26,221 nt of DNA, taken from positions 1 to 26,221 of the forward strand of contig QPMI01000067.1 of NCBI GenBank assembly GCA_004431415.1, read 5' to 3'. This DNA is from Cyanophora paradoxa CCMP329 (lineage: Eukaryota; Plantae; Glaucophyta). Under the pieces are notes generated by a model. The model had not been told where the DNA came from and made no database searches. It worked only from the letters and a program-made list of their open reading frames with translations. This document shows, in pieces, positions 10,941 to 21,689 of the stretch. The position numbers and the translations under genes were made by a program. Every line of letters starts with the position of its first letter. Position 1 is the first letter of the stretch.

Positions 10941-11723
10941 ATGACTGATTTGGATGAATTTGTGGCTGGTGAAATGATAGAGCCACCATTTCGTGTACTG
11001 GCAATAGGAAAATCAGCAACTGGTAAATCAGAAGCTGTGAAGTATTGGTTGAAGCAGTTGCATGATGCCAAAAAGATTGATGTTGTATTAGTTGTGAGTG
11101 GAACCAGCTTCAATCATTTCTGGGATAAAGTTGCAACATTGCAACTGGGAAAATGGGATGCCCCTTACATTGCTAAATTGCTAGATGAAAGGCAAGAGAA
11201 AATAGAAAAAGGTCAACCTGTTAACCAGTTATGTGTAGTTTTAGATGATCTTATAGATAATGAGATTGTAGACCTAACTCGTGATAAAATTATTGGCTCT
11301 CTGTATTCCAGAGGTCGCCATTCGAAAATATCCATTATCTGCATCACACAAAAGCTAAGGAAAGTCTCTTCGACTATTCGAGTTAATTCGGACTATGCAA
11401 TGTTTCTAAGTGCTGCAAATCGCAAAGAACTTGAAGCCATAGAGGAAGAATACAATATAATGCGAAATAAAGAGGATTTTTACAAGATGTTTGAAGAGTA
11501 TGTTCACTCCTATCAGTATATTATTTGGTCCTCTGCAAACTACTCAGTTAAATACTATGTAGATAAAGCTGAGCTTGTGAAAGATTTCCCATTTCCTCGC
11601 TTCCACAGAAAGCCAAAAAAGAAAGAAGATGAACTGAAACCTCCAGAGAAAGAGGAAGCCCCTAAAGAAGTGAAAAGCCAAGTCCATAGCAATAAATTGA
11701 TGCGATATAAACGCGGTTTATAA
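10941..11723 (+). CDS. A32-like (FtsK/HerA superfamily) genome packaging ATPase
   Basis: Walker A GKSATGKS, Walker B CVVLDD, and the A32-type SRGRHSKISIICITQ and IRVNSDY motifs. Confidence 0.93.
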   Translation: MTDLDEFVAGEMIEPPFRVLAIGKSATGKSEAVKYWLKQLHDAKKIDVVLVVSGTSFNHFWDKVATLQLGKWDAPYIAKLLDERQEKIEKGQPVNQLCVVLDDLIDNEIVDLTRDKIIGSLYSRGRHSKISIICITQKLRKVSSTIRVNSDYAMFLSAANRKELEAIEEEYNIMRNKEDFYKMFEEYVHSYQYIIWSSANYSVKYYVDKAELVKDFPFPRFHRKPKKKEDELKPPEKEEAPKEVKSQVHSNKLMRYKRGL

Positions 11724-11751
11724 AATTATCTCTCATTCTAATAAAGATACA

Positions 11752-12486
11752 ATGCCTCCCAAACGAAAGATAGGGATCCCAGCTGGGGCTGTTGGCTATT
11801 CAGGTGGTGGAAACAATGGATCCATTAATACTGAACCAATGAAATTCAATGGTATGAATGAGGTGAAGCCCTCACAGCAAGAAGAGGACCCTCTTAATGC
11901 TGCCTATGAGGAATCAGTCGATGATAAAGCCCCACAGGCTTCAACCAGTGATCAACTCAACATCTCACCAGAAGCTTCGAAAATGAGGGCTGTTGCTGAG
12001 GGTGCCAGGCGAATTATTGGTGCTGCTGATGATAAAGGTTTAGGCTTGCAAGATCTATCACTGGCTCGCAAAGGTGAAGGTCTTAGTAAGGAATCAGACA
12101 AGGTAATCCAGTCCATGGCTGGTGAAGTCACATATAAGACTGCTCCCACTCAAAATATTCATCGAATTCCCAAGGCTCAATGGGATGAGATGACTGCTAA
12201 ACTCAAAGATCTGGAAGCCAAATCCAGTGCTTTGGAGCAGTATGTTACTGAGAAGAAAGAGAGAGCCAAGCTAAAGGAGATGCTTCGAAAGGAAGTTTAT
12301 AAAATGGGCATTACTGGTGTCCCAGATAAACAGTTTATTGCTAAGAAAGAGAACCAAATCGATGAGCAAGCAGTAGATGAAATGAAAACAAAGACCCAAA
12401 AGGGAACCATTGAACCTGGTGCCACTAAAACTGAAGTAGAAAAGGGAGTAGCTCCCACAGTATATAAAAGACGAGTTTGGCTTTAA
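11752..12486 (+). CDS. Hypothetical protein, 244 aa (N-terminal PPKRK, coiled-coil segment)
   Basis: Long ORF with ATG, co-oriented with the ATPase, short intergenic gaps. Confidence 0.75.
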   Translation: MPPKRKIGIPAGAVGYSGGGNNGSINTEPMKFNGMNEVKPSQQEEDPLNAAYEESVDDKAPQASTSDQLNISPEASKMRAVAEGARRIIGAADDKGLGLQDLSLARKGEGLSKESDKVIQSMAGEVTYKTAPTQNIHRIPKAQWDEMTAKLKDLEAKSSALEQYVTEKKERAKLKEMLRKEVYKMGITGVPDKQFIAKKENQIDEQAVDEMKTKTQKGTIEPGATKTEVEKGVAPTVYKRRVWL

Positions 12487-12508
12487 TTTTCTCTGTTTTA
12501 TTAGAGAC

Positions 12509-12781
12509 ATGGATATAATACGAAAGTTTATTGAGATGCTCAGTCTGCATGTGGTAAGCAATTGCCACAGTGGATGCTGTGACACAACAATAGAGTTTGA
12601 GATGTCAGATACTGAGGATAATGTATCTGAGGCAAGAGAGAGAAGGAGATCAACAGTTTCTGTGGAGTCAATGCCAGCAGACCCCACAGAGTATACATAT
12701 GAGCAACAGGAGTATCCAAGGAGAAGTTCTCTGCCAGCAGAAAACGTTTTCTCTGGGAATATAAATGGAGGACACTATTAG
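12509..12781 (+). CDS. Small hypothetical protein with CHSGCC motif
   Basis: ATG ORF tightly packed in the viral gene block. Confidence 0.6.
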   Translation: MDIIRKFIEMLSLHVVSNCHSGCCDTTIEFEMSDTEDNVSEARERRRSTVSVESMPADPTEYTYEQQEYPRRSSLPAENVFSGNINGGHY

Positions 12782-13010
12782 TTTAATCGAGTTTACCAGT
12801 GATGAACCTGTTACTGAGGGGTCTATAAGACACATTCTGGCAATGCAGAAACGATATAGAGAGGACCCAGCATATAGAGAGTATAAAAAGCAGCAAGCCC
12901 TGGCATCCTATTATCGCAGAAAAGCCCAAAAAGAGGAGCAGAGACCCAGAGGGAGACCGATTAAATATTATTTGCCTACTGATAGTAGCAATGGACCCCC
13001 AGGTCTATAA
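12765..13010 (+). CDS. Small basic putative DNA-binding protein with AT-hook
   Basis: Basic helix YKKQQALASYYRRK followed by RPRGRP. Confidence 0.65.
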   Translation: MEDTISLIEFTSDEPVTEGSIRHILAMQKRYREDPAYREYKKQQALASYYRRKAQKEEQRPRGRPIKYYLPTDSSNGPPGL

Positions 13011-13103
13011 GATAATTGAGCAAAAGCGGTCTCAGTATGCCACTGAGGCAGCTATAAAAATATATACAAAGGAATTGGCTTTATACTTGCAATCAATTGC
13101 AAG

Positions 13104-13325
13104 TCACAGATAACTTTTGTAAATATGCTTTTGTTGTTTTTTGTTTGCATTCTCAGACACTGAAACAGTTATGTGAATGTTTACTGATCTATTTCTCTTT
13201 GGTTTAGCTGCATACATATTGTAACCTATCAATCTCTGTGACATTTCGATATATGCCCCTATATCTCCATGCTTTATGCATTTATCTAACTCAGTCATGG
13301 TCATCTCATCAAGAGTCTTTGCCAT
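13104..13325 (-). CDS. Small hypothetical protein (likely start MAKTLDEM)
   Basis: ATG at 13325 within the ORF-track frame 13104-13373. Confidence 0.4.
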   Translation of the reverse strand: MAKTLDEMTMTELDKCIKHGDIGAYIEMSQRLIGYNMYAAKPKRNRSVNIHITVSVSENANKKQQKHIYKSYL

Positions 13326-13393
13326 TTTGTCTTCACTATACACAATCAAGTAAGCCTTAAGTATTCTTGTCAAATTTTGGTCATTTTCGATAG

Positions 13394-13513
13394 GTGTGAC
13401 AGGTGTGACAGGTGTGACAGGTCTATCCCATCGATTTTGAAAATCAACTTTTCACCAGGGCTTTCCTTGGGATGGACCTGTCACACCTGTCACACAAACC
13501 ATTTTCAGTAAGG
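13394..13513. repeat. GTGTGACAG-repeat palindrome, putative replication origin
   Basis: 3x GTGTGACAG + GTCTATCCCA, a 37 bp spacer, then TGGGATGGACCTGTCACACCTGTCACAC. Lies ~40 bp past the helicase stop and is inverted relative to the copies at 23.1-23.5 kb. Confidence 0.8.
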
Positions 13514-13554
13514 CTATAAAAATATATGTAAATCTCAATCATTAATCGTTTTCT

Positions 13555-15880
13555 TTAATATTCGGCATCATCTTCATTGTCTTCCTGAACCCTTGTTATC
13601 TTTCGAATCCCAATATATCCTCTGGCAAGAATACCATTAACTCGTTTTCTTTCTGATTTAACATTGAAGATCTCCCTTACTCTTTTCATAACAGATACAC
13701 ATTCAACTTTATCATCAACACTTTTGTATGATTTGTAAATGATATCACTGGAAACAAAGTCGTTAGCATTATGTGTAACCTCGAAATTATCTCGAAGCCA
13801 TTCACCAATCTTATCATTTTCAGCTATAAAGTTAATTCCCTGTTCAATAATCGATTGAGGGGACTTCTTAAGATCTCTTCAACCTCTTTGTTCTTCCACA
13901 TATCCAGTAATATCTTCATGTGAGCCATCTTATACTCATCATCATTGTGTAGAAGTGTGAACAGAGTTGGGTCAGCTTTCTTTTGACCAGCTTCTGGCTT
14001 CTCTCTGAATATATTATTGAATCTCTGATAGGAAAGTCTTCTTTGAATTGCAAAGTCTGGTTTATTTATAGTCAAATTGTCATTAGTTGTAATGTAGACC
14101 TGAAACATTGGGGTAAGGATAACTGGGTCTTTGAACAAGGCTCTCACAGTCATTTCATTTCCACCTGTGACCTCCTTAATCTTGGAGATCTGCAGTTTAT
14201 CACCATCTTCAGCCTCATTACTGAATACAAGTCGCTTTCCAAGGAGTTTGGCAAGTTCAGGAGTAGCCTCTGATGAGTTCTTTTTAGGCTTAGTCCAATA
14301 GGATATTTCGAGAGGGCTGTAATAACGACCAGATATCTGTTTGCAGTATTCCTGAACAAGTGATTTACCATTAGCACCAGCACCAGTCCACATATAGAAC
14401 TTCTGGGATTTAGTTGATCCACTAAGGGCAATTGCAATGGATGCCAGAAGATACTTTCGCTCTGCTGGATCATCCACAATCTCTTTATAAATCTGATTGA
14501 GATGCTCTATTTTCTTGGGGTCTACATTTTCAGTATAGTCATAACCCACAGTCTTGCTCACCATATCTTCCAGTTTACCCTTTCTGAAAGTCATAGTGGT
14601 CAGATCAAATACACCATTTTCGAATCCAATCACATATGGAACTGTGTCAATCTTCTCAAAGAATTCATCATCATTCAGCAGTGGGACCAAGTCAGTCAGA
14701 AGGGATTTGCGAAATCCTGATTGTTTAAGATTTTTGGCAATGGTCATCAATGTTTTGGATCTTTCTTCGAAAGCTGCTTTGTTTTCCTCATCCTTTAAAG
14801 CTCTTTGACTATAATGCACAGCCCTTCCAAGGTATTGGGGACAACAAGACGGCTTATATCTAGGTAAATCTTTAGGTTTGTGTCATCATGCTCCCAAATC
14901 CCAGTATCAGTATTGAGTTTGAACCATGACTTTTTGGAGTATCTCCATGTATGTTTAAGAACCTCTTTGCATACTAAACTCACATCATAATGAGCGCCAC
15001 CAGAACCAGCGGATTTATCTATAAGATTGAAGATATCAGATTGCATTCCAATGCAGATGAATCGTTTTTTGCAATTTCCACTGTAGCTTGACACAATGTA
15101 TTTGTTATCATCTCCTTTAGCTTTCATAACATACCAGTTATTCGATTCATGTGAACCATTGCAGCATGGGCAATTGAGTCCCTTGTTAGCAGCATCAAAG
15201 TTAAAGCCAAGTTCAGTTTTAGAGATTATATTGGGATGCATAAATCCCATATCCACCAGCTCTTTGATAATATTGTTTTCCAGTTCATCATGTGAGGTAG
15301 CATTAGCAGTATACTCACTCTTATAGATGTAGTTATCTATTATCCACTTTTTGAAGTCATCAGTAGGCTCATTGAAATCACAGGTATCATCCCATGGGGA
15401 GATTACCCAAGCCTTGTTCACACTGGGACACACATTGATCAGTCCAGAAGTTCCAGTTCCAGTGATTGTTTTCAGGTCAACCTTCTCAAAGCCTTTAAAG
15501 CCAGGAGCCTTATCGGTAATTTTGAGTTTATTGAACTCCTCAGGTCGTTTAAAGTAGACATGATAGCCTTTTTTAGTTTTTGCCATGGGCTGATTGGCAT
15601 CAAAGTCATCAGGAAACATATCCCGGAATTTCTCAAAGTCCTCCTCATCATCAAAGTCAATAACCATCATGTTGTCTGAGAGCAGAATGCCCCAAGATAC
15701 ATACTGATTAGTTGCCAGCGCTTCCTCATACTTTTCCCAGGACCATGCACCTCCCTTATGCTTGAAAACAGGGTCTTTGCTGTCAGGTTTCACTGGGATA
15801 ATCATGTTTTGGGACAGTTCCTCATCAGATCTGAGCCAGTTAGCGAGCGATTTGAGCGATTTAGTCTGTTTGGCGTTCAT
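13555..15880 (-). CDS. AEP (prim-pol) primase fused to D5-like SF3 helicase, ~775 aa after correcting two homopolymer frameshifts
   Basis: AEP motifs VIDFDD and TKKGYHVYF, Zn motif CPCC..H..C, D5_N-like IGFENGVFDL, Walker A GAGANGKS, Walker B VFSNE, motif C ITTND. Adding one G to the G4 runs at ~14837 and ~13860 joins the ORFs and a winged-helix-like tail ending ARGYIGIRK..DDAEY*. Confidence 0.9.
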
Positions 15881-15894
15881 TTTCAGCGATCGGG

Positions 15895-15936
15895 GTCCCT
15901 TTTATATATATAGAAGATTTTTCTTTAAGTAGTTTT
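15895..15936 (-). promoter_or_regulatory. Conserved upstream motif AAAACTACTTAAAGA-N-TCTTCTATATATATAAAAG, copy 1
   Basis: Near-identical to 17221-17261 and just upstream of the primase ATG. Confidence 0.75.
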
Positions 15937-16092
15937 GGGTCCCCCAATCATTTTTTGTTGGAAATCGAGAAAGTATCCCTACGAAATTTATCCACATGAT
16001 ATATCGAGTGGTTTAGATACAAAAAGGATGAATGGGTATTTCAGCGAATAAACAGCATATCCCCAGCCTAGTAATATGCTGGGAAAAATAAT

Positions 16093-16347
16093 TTAGACAT
16101 GTTTCAATTTTCTCCCTCTATTTGAGTAAGGGACATCATACAAATACTTGACAAAGCAGACTGCATTGGCTGCATACTTTCGCTGACATGAACTTGCTAT
16201 TTTCATTGCTCTATAGGTATCATCGGTTTGATATAGATCTCTAAGCTGTGTGGCTATTTTTTCGTTAAACTTTTTGATTTGAGCCTTACCTTTTTCAGTT
16301 TGCTGGTATCTCTTCATAGCTCTCTTCTGGGCTTCACTGAGTGGCAT
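16093..16347 (-). CDS. Small basic protein (SEAQKRAxKRY type), putative DNA-binding regulator
   Basis: ATG ORF preceded by the shared promoter motif; K/R-rich helix. Confidence 0.7.
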   Translation of the reverse strand: MPLSEAQKRAMKRYQQTEKGKAQIKKFNEKIATQLRDLYQTDDTYRAMKIASSCQRKYAANAVCFVKYLYDVPYSNRGRKLKHV

Positions 16348-16362
16348 TTTTCCTCTGTCTCT

Positions 16363-16398
16363 CTTAATATATATAGAGAATTCTTTAAATCATTTTTT
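16363..16398 (-). promoter_or_regulatory. Variant of the conserved upstream motif (AAAAAATGATTTAAAGAATTCTCTATATATATTAAG)
   Basis: Same TTAAAGA...CTATATATAT architecture upstream of ATG 16347. Confidence 0.65.
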
Positions 16399-16403
16399 GT
16401 TCT

Positions 16404-17219
16404 CTAACCTCTTTGTCCAAATCGCTCAATATACATAAGTTTGAAATGCTTACCTAGCAATGCTACAAATGGTTCGATTTCCAAGGTCTCCCATGTTTTC
16501 TTGTCCTTATTCCATCTGCAATCTAATCCTTTTGCGATATCTTTTTTAAGATAAGGCACCTGAAACCCAGCAACCAATGTATTTGTTGTACTGAGTTCTG
16601 CATACATTTCAATCAATGCAGATCTGCCCTCTCTGAACCTCTCTATATCATCTCTGCGAAGATTATCCATTTTCGGAATAAATTGGTTGCACCAAATCAG
16701 GAAAAGATTAACTGCATGTTTATTCCTTGCTCTTTCTTGTTCTAATTCTCTCTCTCTTCGCTCTCTTTCTTCTAATTCAAGCTGCCTCTTTCGAGCTTCC
16801 TCTTGTTTTTCAAGTTCTCTTTTTCTTTCCAGTTCTTCTTGCTTTAAAGCGATTCTGCACTTATTACAGAAATTATCCTTTCGGTTTTTATGCCGATCTC
16901 CACATCTTTCACATATATCTTGACCTCTGGCACCCTTCGGAATAAATCGTAAAATGCAGCAATTCCCAACAATGACCACAATCTTTTTATTAACATGCAG
17001 AATATAGCATTGCTCTTTAATTGGATGATCACAGGCGCAATGCTCAGACTCTGGAGGCAGGTCATAGTCACTTAATCCATATTTTGCAAGCTTTGCCCAA
17101 AGAGGGAGCGGTTTCCTGTTACTTCCAAGAGCAACATAATCATTGAAGTTATCAGATCCACAAAGCAACATTAAAGCCGCTTTGAGCTTTTCCAGGCAAT
17201 ACGATTTCTTCTCTGCCAT
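16404..17219 (-). CDS. Zn-finger / coiled-coil protein with C-terminal DUF5710-like domain
   Basis: CACDHPI...VGNCCI, CERC...CNKC, an E/R-rich coil, and VPYLKKDIAKGLDCRWNKDKKTW. Confidence 0.75.
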   Translation of the reverse strand: MAEKKSYCLEKLKAALMLLCGSDNFNDYVALGSNRKPLPLWAKLAKYGLSDYDLPPESEHCACDHPIKEQCYILHVNKKIVVIVGNCCILRFIPKGARGQDICERCGDRHKNRKDNFCNKCRIALKQEELERKRELEKQEEARKRQLELEERERRERELEQERARNKHAVNLFLIWCNQFIPKMDNLRRDDIERFREGRSALIEMYAELSTTNTLVAGFQVPYLKKDIAKGLDCRWNKDKKTWETLEIEPFVALLGKHFKLMYIERFGQRG

Positions 17220-17220
17220 T

Positions 17221-17261
17221 GTCCTTTTATATATATAGAAGATATTTCTTTAAGTAGTTTT
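17221..17261 (-). promoter_or_regulatory. Conserved upstream motif, copy 3
   Basis: GTCCTTTTATATATATAGAAGATATTTCTTTAAGTAGTTTT, adjacent to ATG 17219. Confidence 0.75.
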
Positions 17262-17328
17262 CATCAAATTTTGTGTTCAGAATTCCCCATTTAAAACCTC
17301 CCCTTTTAGTAGGAACAAGTTAGGAACT

Positions 17329-20300
17329 ATGCCCCGAATTAGCAACAGACTCATTAGAGAGAAGAAATGGGAACTTATGGGATTACTGGGAACACTGTAT
17401 GCAGCCCATGAAATCACAGAGGCTGAATATGACCGGGAAATCGGATTTATTTCAAGGGGCAGACCCACTTTAGCAAAATTAACCAGAAAAGCCAATAACC
17501 TCTATGACAAAGTTGAGACTCTTGATGAACTCGATCGCCTGAGGCAAATAGAACCAGAGGCAGAAGATGGAACAGCCATGAATGAATTATATCGCTGGCT
17601 CACATACAGAGCCAGAAGGGAAGTTGTGGTAGATGTGATTGAATATTTAGATAGAATTGCAACCTCTCTACCAAAACGTTTAAGAGATAGTCTGGATCAA
17701 TTCAGGGCAATCAAAGTTCGCTTGTCGTTTATCTGCAAGTTCGTAAAAGTCAGCAATCCACAGGTTTGGATATCGAAATACATTTACAGCGATTATTTTG
17801 TATTAACCAAATCGAGAAATATTCGAACTGAGCTGAATAAAGCAGCCCAAATGTGTCAGGAACAGATGAATGTTGTTGATAGCTATCGATTGGAGAGAAT
17901 CGAAATGCTAAGAGTTGCTATTATGAGTTATGCCCCAACTGGTGGCTGCTATGTTAAAACACCAGAATCAATTGCAGCCAAGAGAGCCACAGTGAATATT
18001 CGAAATATTGATGATTCTTGCTTTGAAAATGCCATTTTGGCATGGATCCATAGGAAAGATGTAAATTCCCACAAGAGAAGTGAGCTTACACAATATCGCA
18101 AATGGAAATACTCACCAACCACATACAATCCTTTGGCTCTCAATTTCGACAATATCCCATTCCCTGTTCCTTGTGATGCTGAAATCATTGATAAATTCGA
18201 ATCTCAAAATGCAGGCATCAGCATAAACATATTTGGAATGGATGGAGATGTTATATATCCCCTACATCAATCCAGCAACCCAGGCAGAAAGCAAAAGATT
18301 AATCTAATGCTCATTCATGATGATGAAGGGAATGGTCACTATATTACTATCATGTCCCTTTCAAGACTTCTCAGAGTTGCCCTTGATAAAACCAAGGATC
18401 AAAAGTTACACTACTGTGATACATGCTTATCTCGATTCAGGTCTGAGGCTAAACTGACTGCTCATGTGGACTCAAACAGATGCATTGATTGGAGACTCTC
18501 AAAGGGAATCACCCCTAAGCCTGACACCACAATAGAGTTTGGACTGAAAAACCTCAGGAAAACTGTCTGGCTTCCTGTTGTGGTTTACTGCAAGATTGAA
18601 CATAGAAGCATCCCCATTGATGCATCGAAATCCAAGAGGGAAGTCTCAGCAGTCAACATTAGAATAGTCACTGGGGCAGATGTTCAGGAGTTTCGATTTG
18701 AGGGTCAGGATCCAATGGGAGGTCTGTTTGAATGCTTGGAGTCCAAAGCAAGAGAGCTAATCGATTTCCTGTTCACCAATATTCCCATGAATGAACTCAC
18801 AGATGAGCAAAAGGCTATTTACAGAGCTACCAAACACTGTTACCTTTGCAGTGAGAGGTTCACCAAGGAAAACTTCAAATGCAGGGATCATGATCACCAC
18901 ACAGGTAATTACATTGCACCTGCATGCAGAAACTGCAATCTCCATAGGAGAATCTCAAAGCAAACAAAAGTAGCAGTGGTTGTTGACCAAATGGATGACT
19001 GTGGGACATTCATTTTCAGAAAAATAGCAGGCATGGGTGATAAAAAGCGAATCGAAATCCTTTCGAAAAACTTTGATCAATACCTTTCATTGCAATGGGG
19101 TCTTTACAAGTTCATTGATGCAAGTAATTTTATGGACTTTGGGGCTGCTGATGTAGATGAGTTAATGAGCAAATTCCAGGCTTTCAGAAGGCTTTCACAC
19201 TCAGTATATGGATTGGACCCAGTTCATTATGTATCTGCACCTGGGTTATCTTGGGATGCTATGCTTAGGACCACCAAGGCAAAAATAGAGCTTATAAGTG
19301 ATGTAGAGCAATACGAATTTGTTGAGAGGGGAATCAGGGGTGGCTTTGCAACAATGCCTTGTAGGTATGCTGAGGCTGATGGTGAGAACTCCCATATAAT
19401 GCTGTTTGATGCTAACAACTTGTATGGCTACTGTTTGAGTCAGCCAATCCCAGTTGGTGATTTTAGATGGGAGACCGAATTCAACCCACAAGATAACAGA
19501 TCCAGTTTCCTGGAAGTTGATCTGGATTACCCAATTAGGCTATATCTAGACCACAGTGATTTCCCCCTAATTATTAACAAGAAAATAGTAGAATATGCAG
19601 AATTATCACAATATCAAAAGAGCCTATTAGATCTCTCAGGAGAAGAGCTTGATAAGACCCTAAGCTAACTGCAACCTTTGGTTCTGTGACCAACTATGTG
19701 ATTTCTGAGCCTCTTCTACAGTATCTGTTGGACAAAGGGGTGAAACTAAAGAAGGTTCACAGGGTCCTATCATTTACTGTGGCTCCTGTAATGAAACCCT
19801 ACATTGAGCTGAATACTGAGATGAGAAGGAAAGCAGTGAATAAATTCGAGGCTGATTTCTATAAACTCATGAATAACTCAATCTATGGGAAATGCATTGA
19901 ATCTTGCAGAGGTAGATCTGTGGTTAAGATTGCAAACAGTGAGAAACTGTTTATGAAATATGCAGCCTCCCCATTGGTGAAATCAACAAGTCCCATAAAC
20001 GAAAAAGCAGTTGCCTTTGAGTTTTACACAAAGCATGTGAAGCTAGATAAGCCAGTTGCTATTGGGGCTTATGTTCTGGATGCAGCCAAACTGCATAACT
20101 ACAAGTTCTTCTATGATACTGTAAGGTCCCAATGGACAAAAGCAAAGTTACTATTCCATGATACTGACTCCTTTTGTCTATATATCGAATCTAAGACCCT
20201 ACAAAAAGATATAGAGAATATATCCTATGCATTAGACCTTGGAGGTGATTCCAGAATGACCCCAGGTAAATACAAAAATGAAATGCCTGGCTCTGCTATA

Positions 20301-20573
20301 TTGGAGTATGTGGGTCTGAGAGCTAAAGTTTACAGTTTCAGAACTGCTGAGATTGAGAGAAGTAAGCTTTCTGGGACTTCCACTGAGGAACTCCAATTCA
20401 ATGATTTTAAGGAGTGTTTATTTGCAGGTATCAGCAAGACTGTGACTGCAAAGCAAAAGAGAAGGGCAGATCACACAATAATAGATACTGTGAGTAGAAG
20501 GGTTGCCCTAAACTGCTTTGATGCAAAGAGATACATCTTACCAGATGGCATTAATTCTGTTCCTTTTAATTAA
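17329..20573 (+). CDS. polB: Polinton-type protein-primed family B DNA polymerase, ~1081 aa (one frameshift at ~19660, repaired by copy 1)
   Basis: Pol motifs FDANNLYG, KLMNNSIYGK, HDTDS and GLRAKVY. EndoVII-like insert CYLC..RDHDHHTG..ACRNCN. N-terminal vOTU-like Cys/His (DDSCF, GHY) and a Zn finger. Copy 1 reads ACCCCTAAG versus ACCCTAAG here. Confidence 0.95.
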
Positions 20574-20576
20574 GAG

Positions 20577-21689
20577 ATGCCAGCAACTGGAAGAATAGTT
20601 AGGAGAACCACTGAGCAACTGCAAGGTAACCTACTGCCTATCACAGTTCCAAAGGAGGAAAAAGGGGATTCTCGAATTGTTAAAAAGTCTGAAATGAAAG
20701 AGCTTGTCCCAGTAGAGATTCCAGTTGCTATTGCAGTGAAAGAAACCAGCAAGATTGCCAAGAGATTCTATGATGTGAGAACTGGTTACAAAGGGCTTCA
20801 AGCTATGAGGGCTGAGTTACCTGATGAATCCTATAAGCAGTTGCAAGAGTTCTATAAAAAACAGGAAGTTGTTCAGATCAATGCACCTGCTATATCTAGA
20901 AAGAGAGATCCCATGGTTCCAATAAGGCAACCCCTTGATACCTATGTGATTGATTTGCTCTTTTTCCCAGCTTATAAGAAACAAAACAATGGCTATGATA
21001 CCTTTATGACTGCAATGGAATCCACACTAAGAACTGGGTATATCATACCTATAAGGGATAAATCAGCTCTCACTACATTAGCTGCATTTAAGCAGCTTGA
21101 AATGAGAGTGGCAAGACCCATAGTAAAGGTTCAATCAGATGCTGGGAGTGAATTCCAAAATCGAATATTCCAGGAGTATCTATCTAGTAAATACATAGAA
21201 CACCAAGTGAGTGGAACTGCTGACCATAGAAGCCAAGGTCGAATTGAAGCCTTTAACAAGCAGATTAAGAGACTGATCACAAACTACTGCATAGCCAATA
21301 ACACAGCTAGATTCTTTGATGTGTTGGGTGATATTGAGTTTAATTACAATAATACAGTTCACTCAGCTACTAAGATGAAGCCAGGTGAAACTACAGAGGA
21401 GCATTATAGGTATATAGTGGGATTAGAAGATGAGAGATTCAAGAAATCAATAGCTTATCTTGACACCATGCAGCCTGGCATGTTTGTTAGAGTGAAAGTT
21501 GAGAAGAACCCCTTTGCTAAACAGGGTAACAATTGGTCTAGGATGGTTTACACTGTTGATAGTAGAGAAGGCTTTAAGTTTAAGCTAAAGAGTCCCACTG
21601 GAGAGATCATAGATAACAGGTTTGCTTTCCATGAGTTGTTGCCTGTGAATGCAGTTGAGTATCTGGAAACCCTACAGTGGATGCCTTAG
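20577..21689 (+). CDS. int: Retroviral-like (rve, DDE) integrase of Polinton type
   Basis: Catalytic triad YVIDL, VQSDAGSEF and GRIEAFNKQIK; YNNTVHSATKMKP; SH3-like PGMFVRV...WSRMVYTV. Confidence 0.95.
   Translation: MPATGRIVRRTTEQLQGNLLPITVPKEEKGDSRIVKKSEMKELVPVEIPVAIAVKETSKIAKRFYDVRTGYKGLQAMRAELPDESYKQLQEFYKKQEVVQINAPAISRKRDPMVPIRQPLDTYVIDLLFFPAYKKQNNGYDTFMTAMESTLRTGYIIPIRDKSALTTLAAFKQLEMRVARPIVKVQSDAGSEFQNRIFQEYLSSKYIEHQVSGTADHRSQGRIEAFNKQIKRLITNYCIANNTARFFDVLGDIEFNYNNTVHSATKMKPGETTEEHYRYIVGLEDERFKKSIAYLDTMQPGMFVRVKVEKNPFAKQGNNWSRMVYTVDSREGFKFKLKSPTGEIIDNRFAFHELLPVNAVEYLETLQWMP

Noticed and set aside
13824-19686. Split helicase and polB as true pseudogenes or programmed frameshifts
   Set aside because: All breaks lie in G/C homopolymers fixed by one added base, and copy 1 has the intact polB sequence at the break
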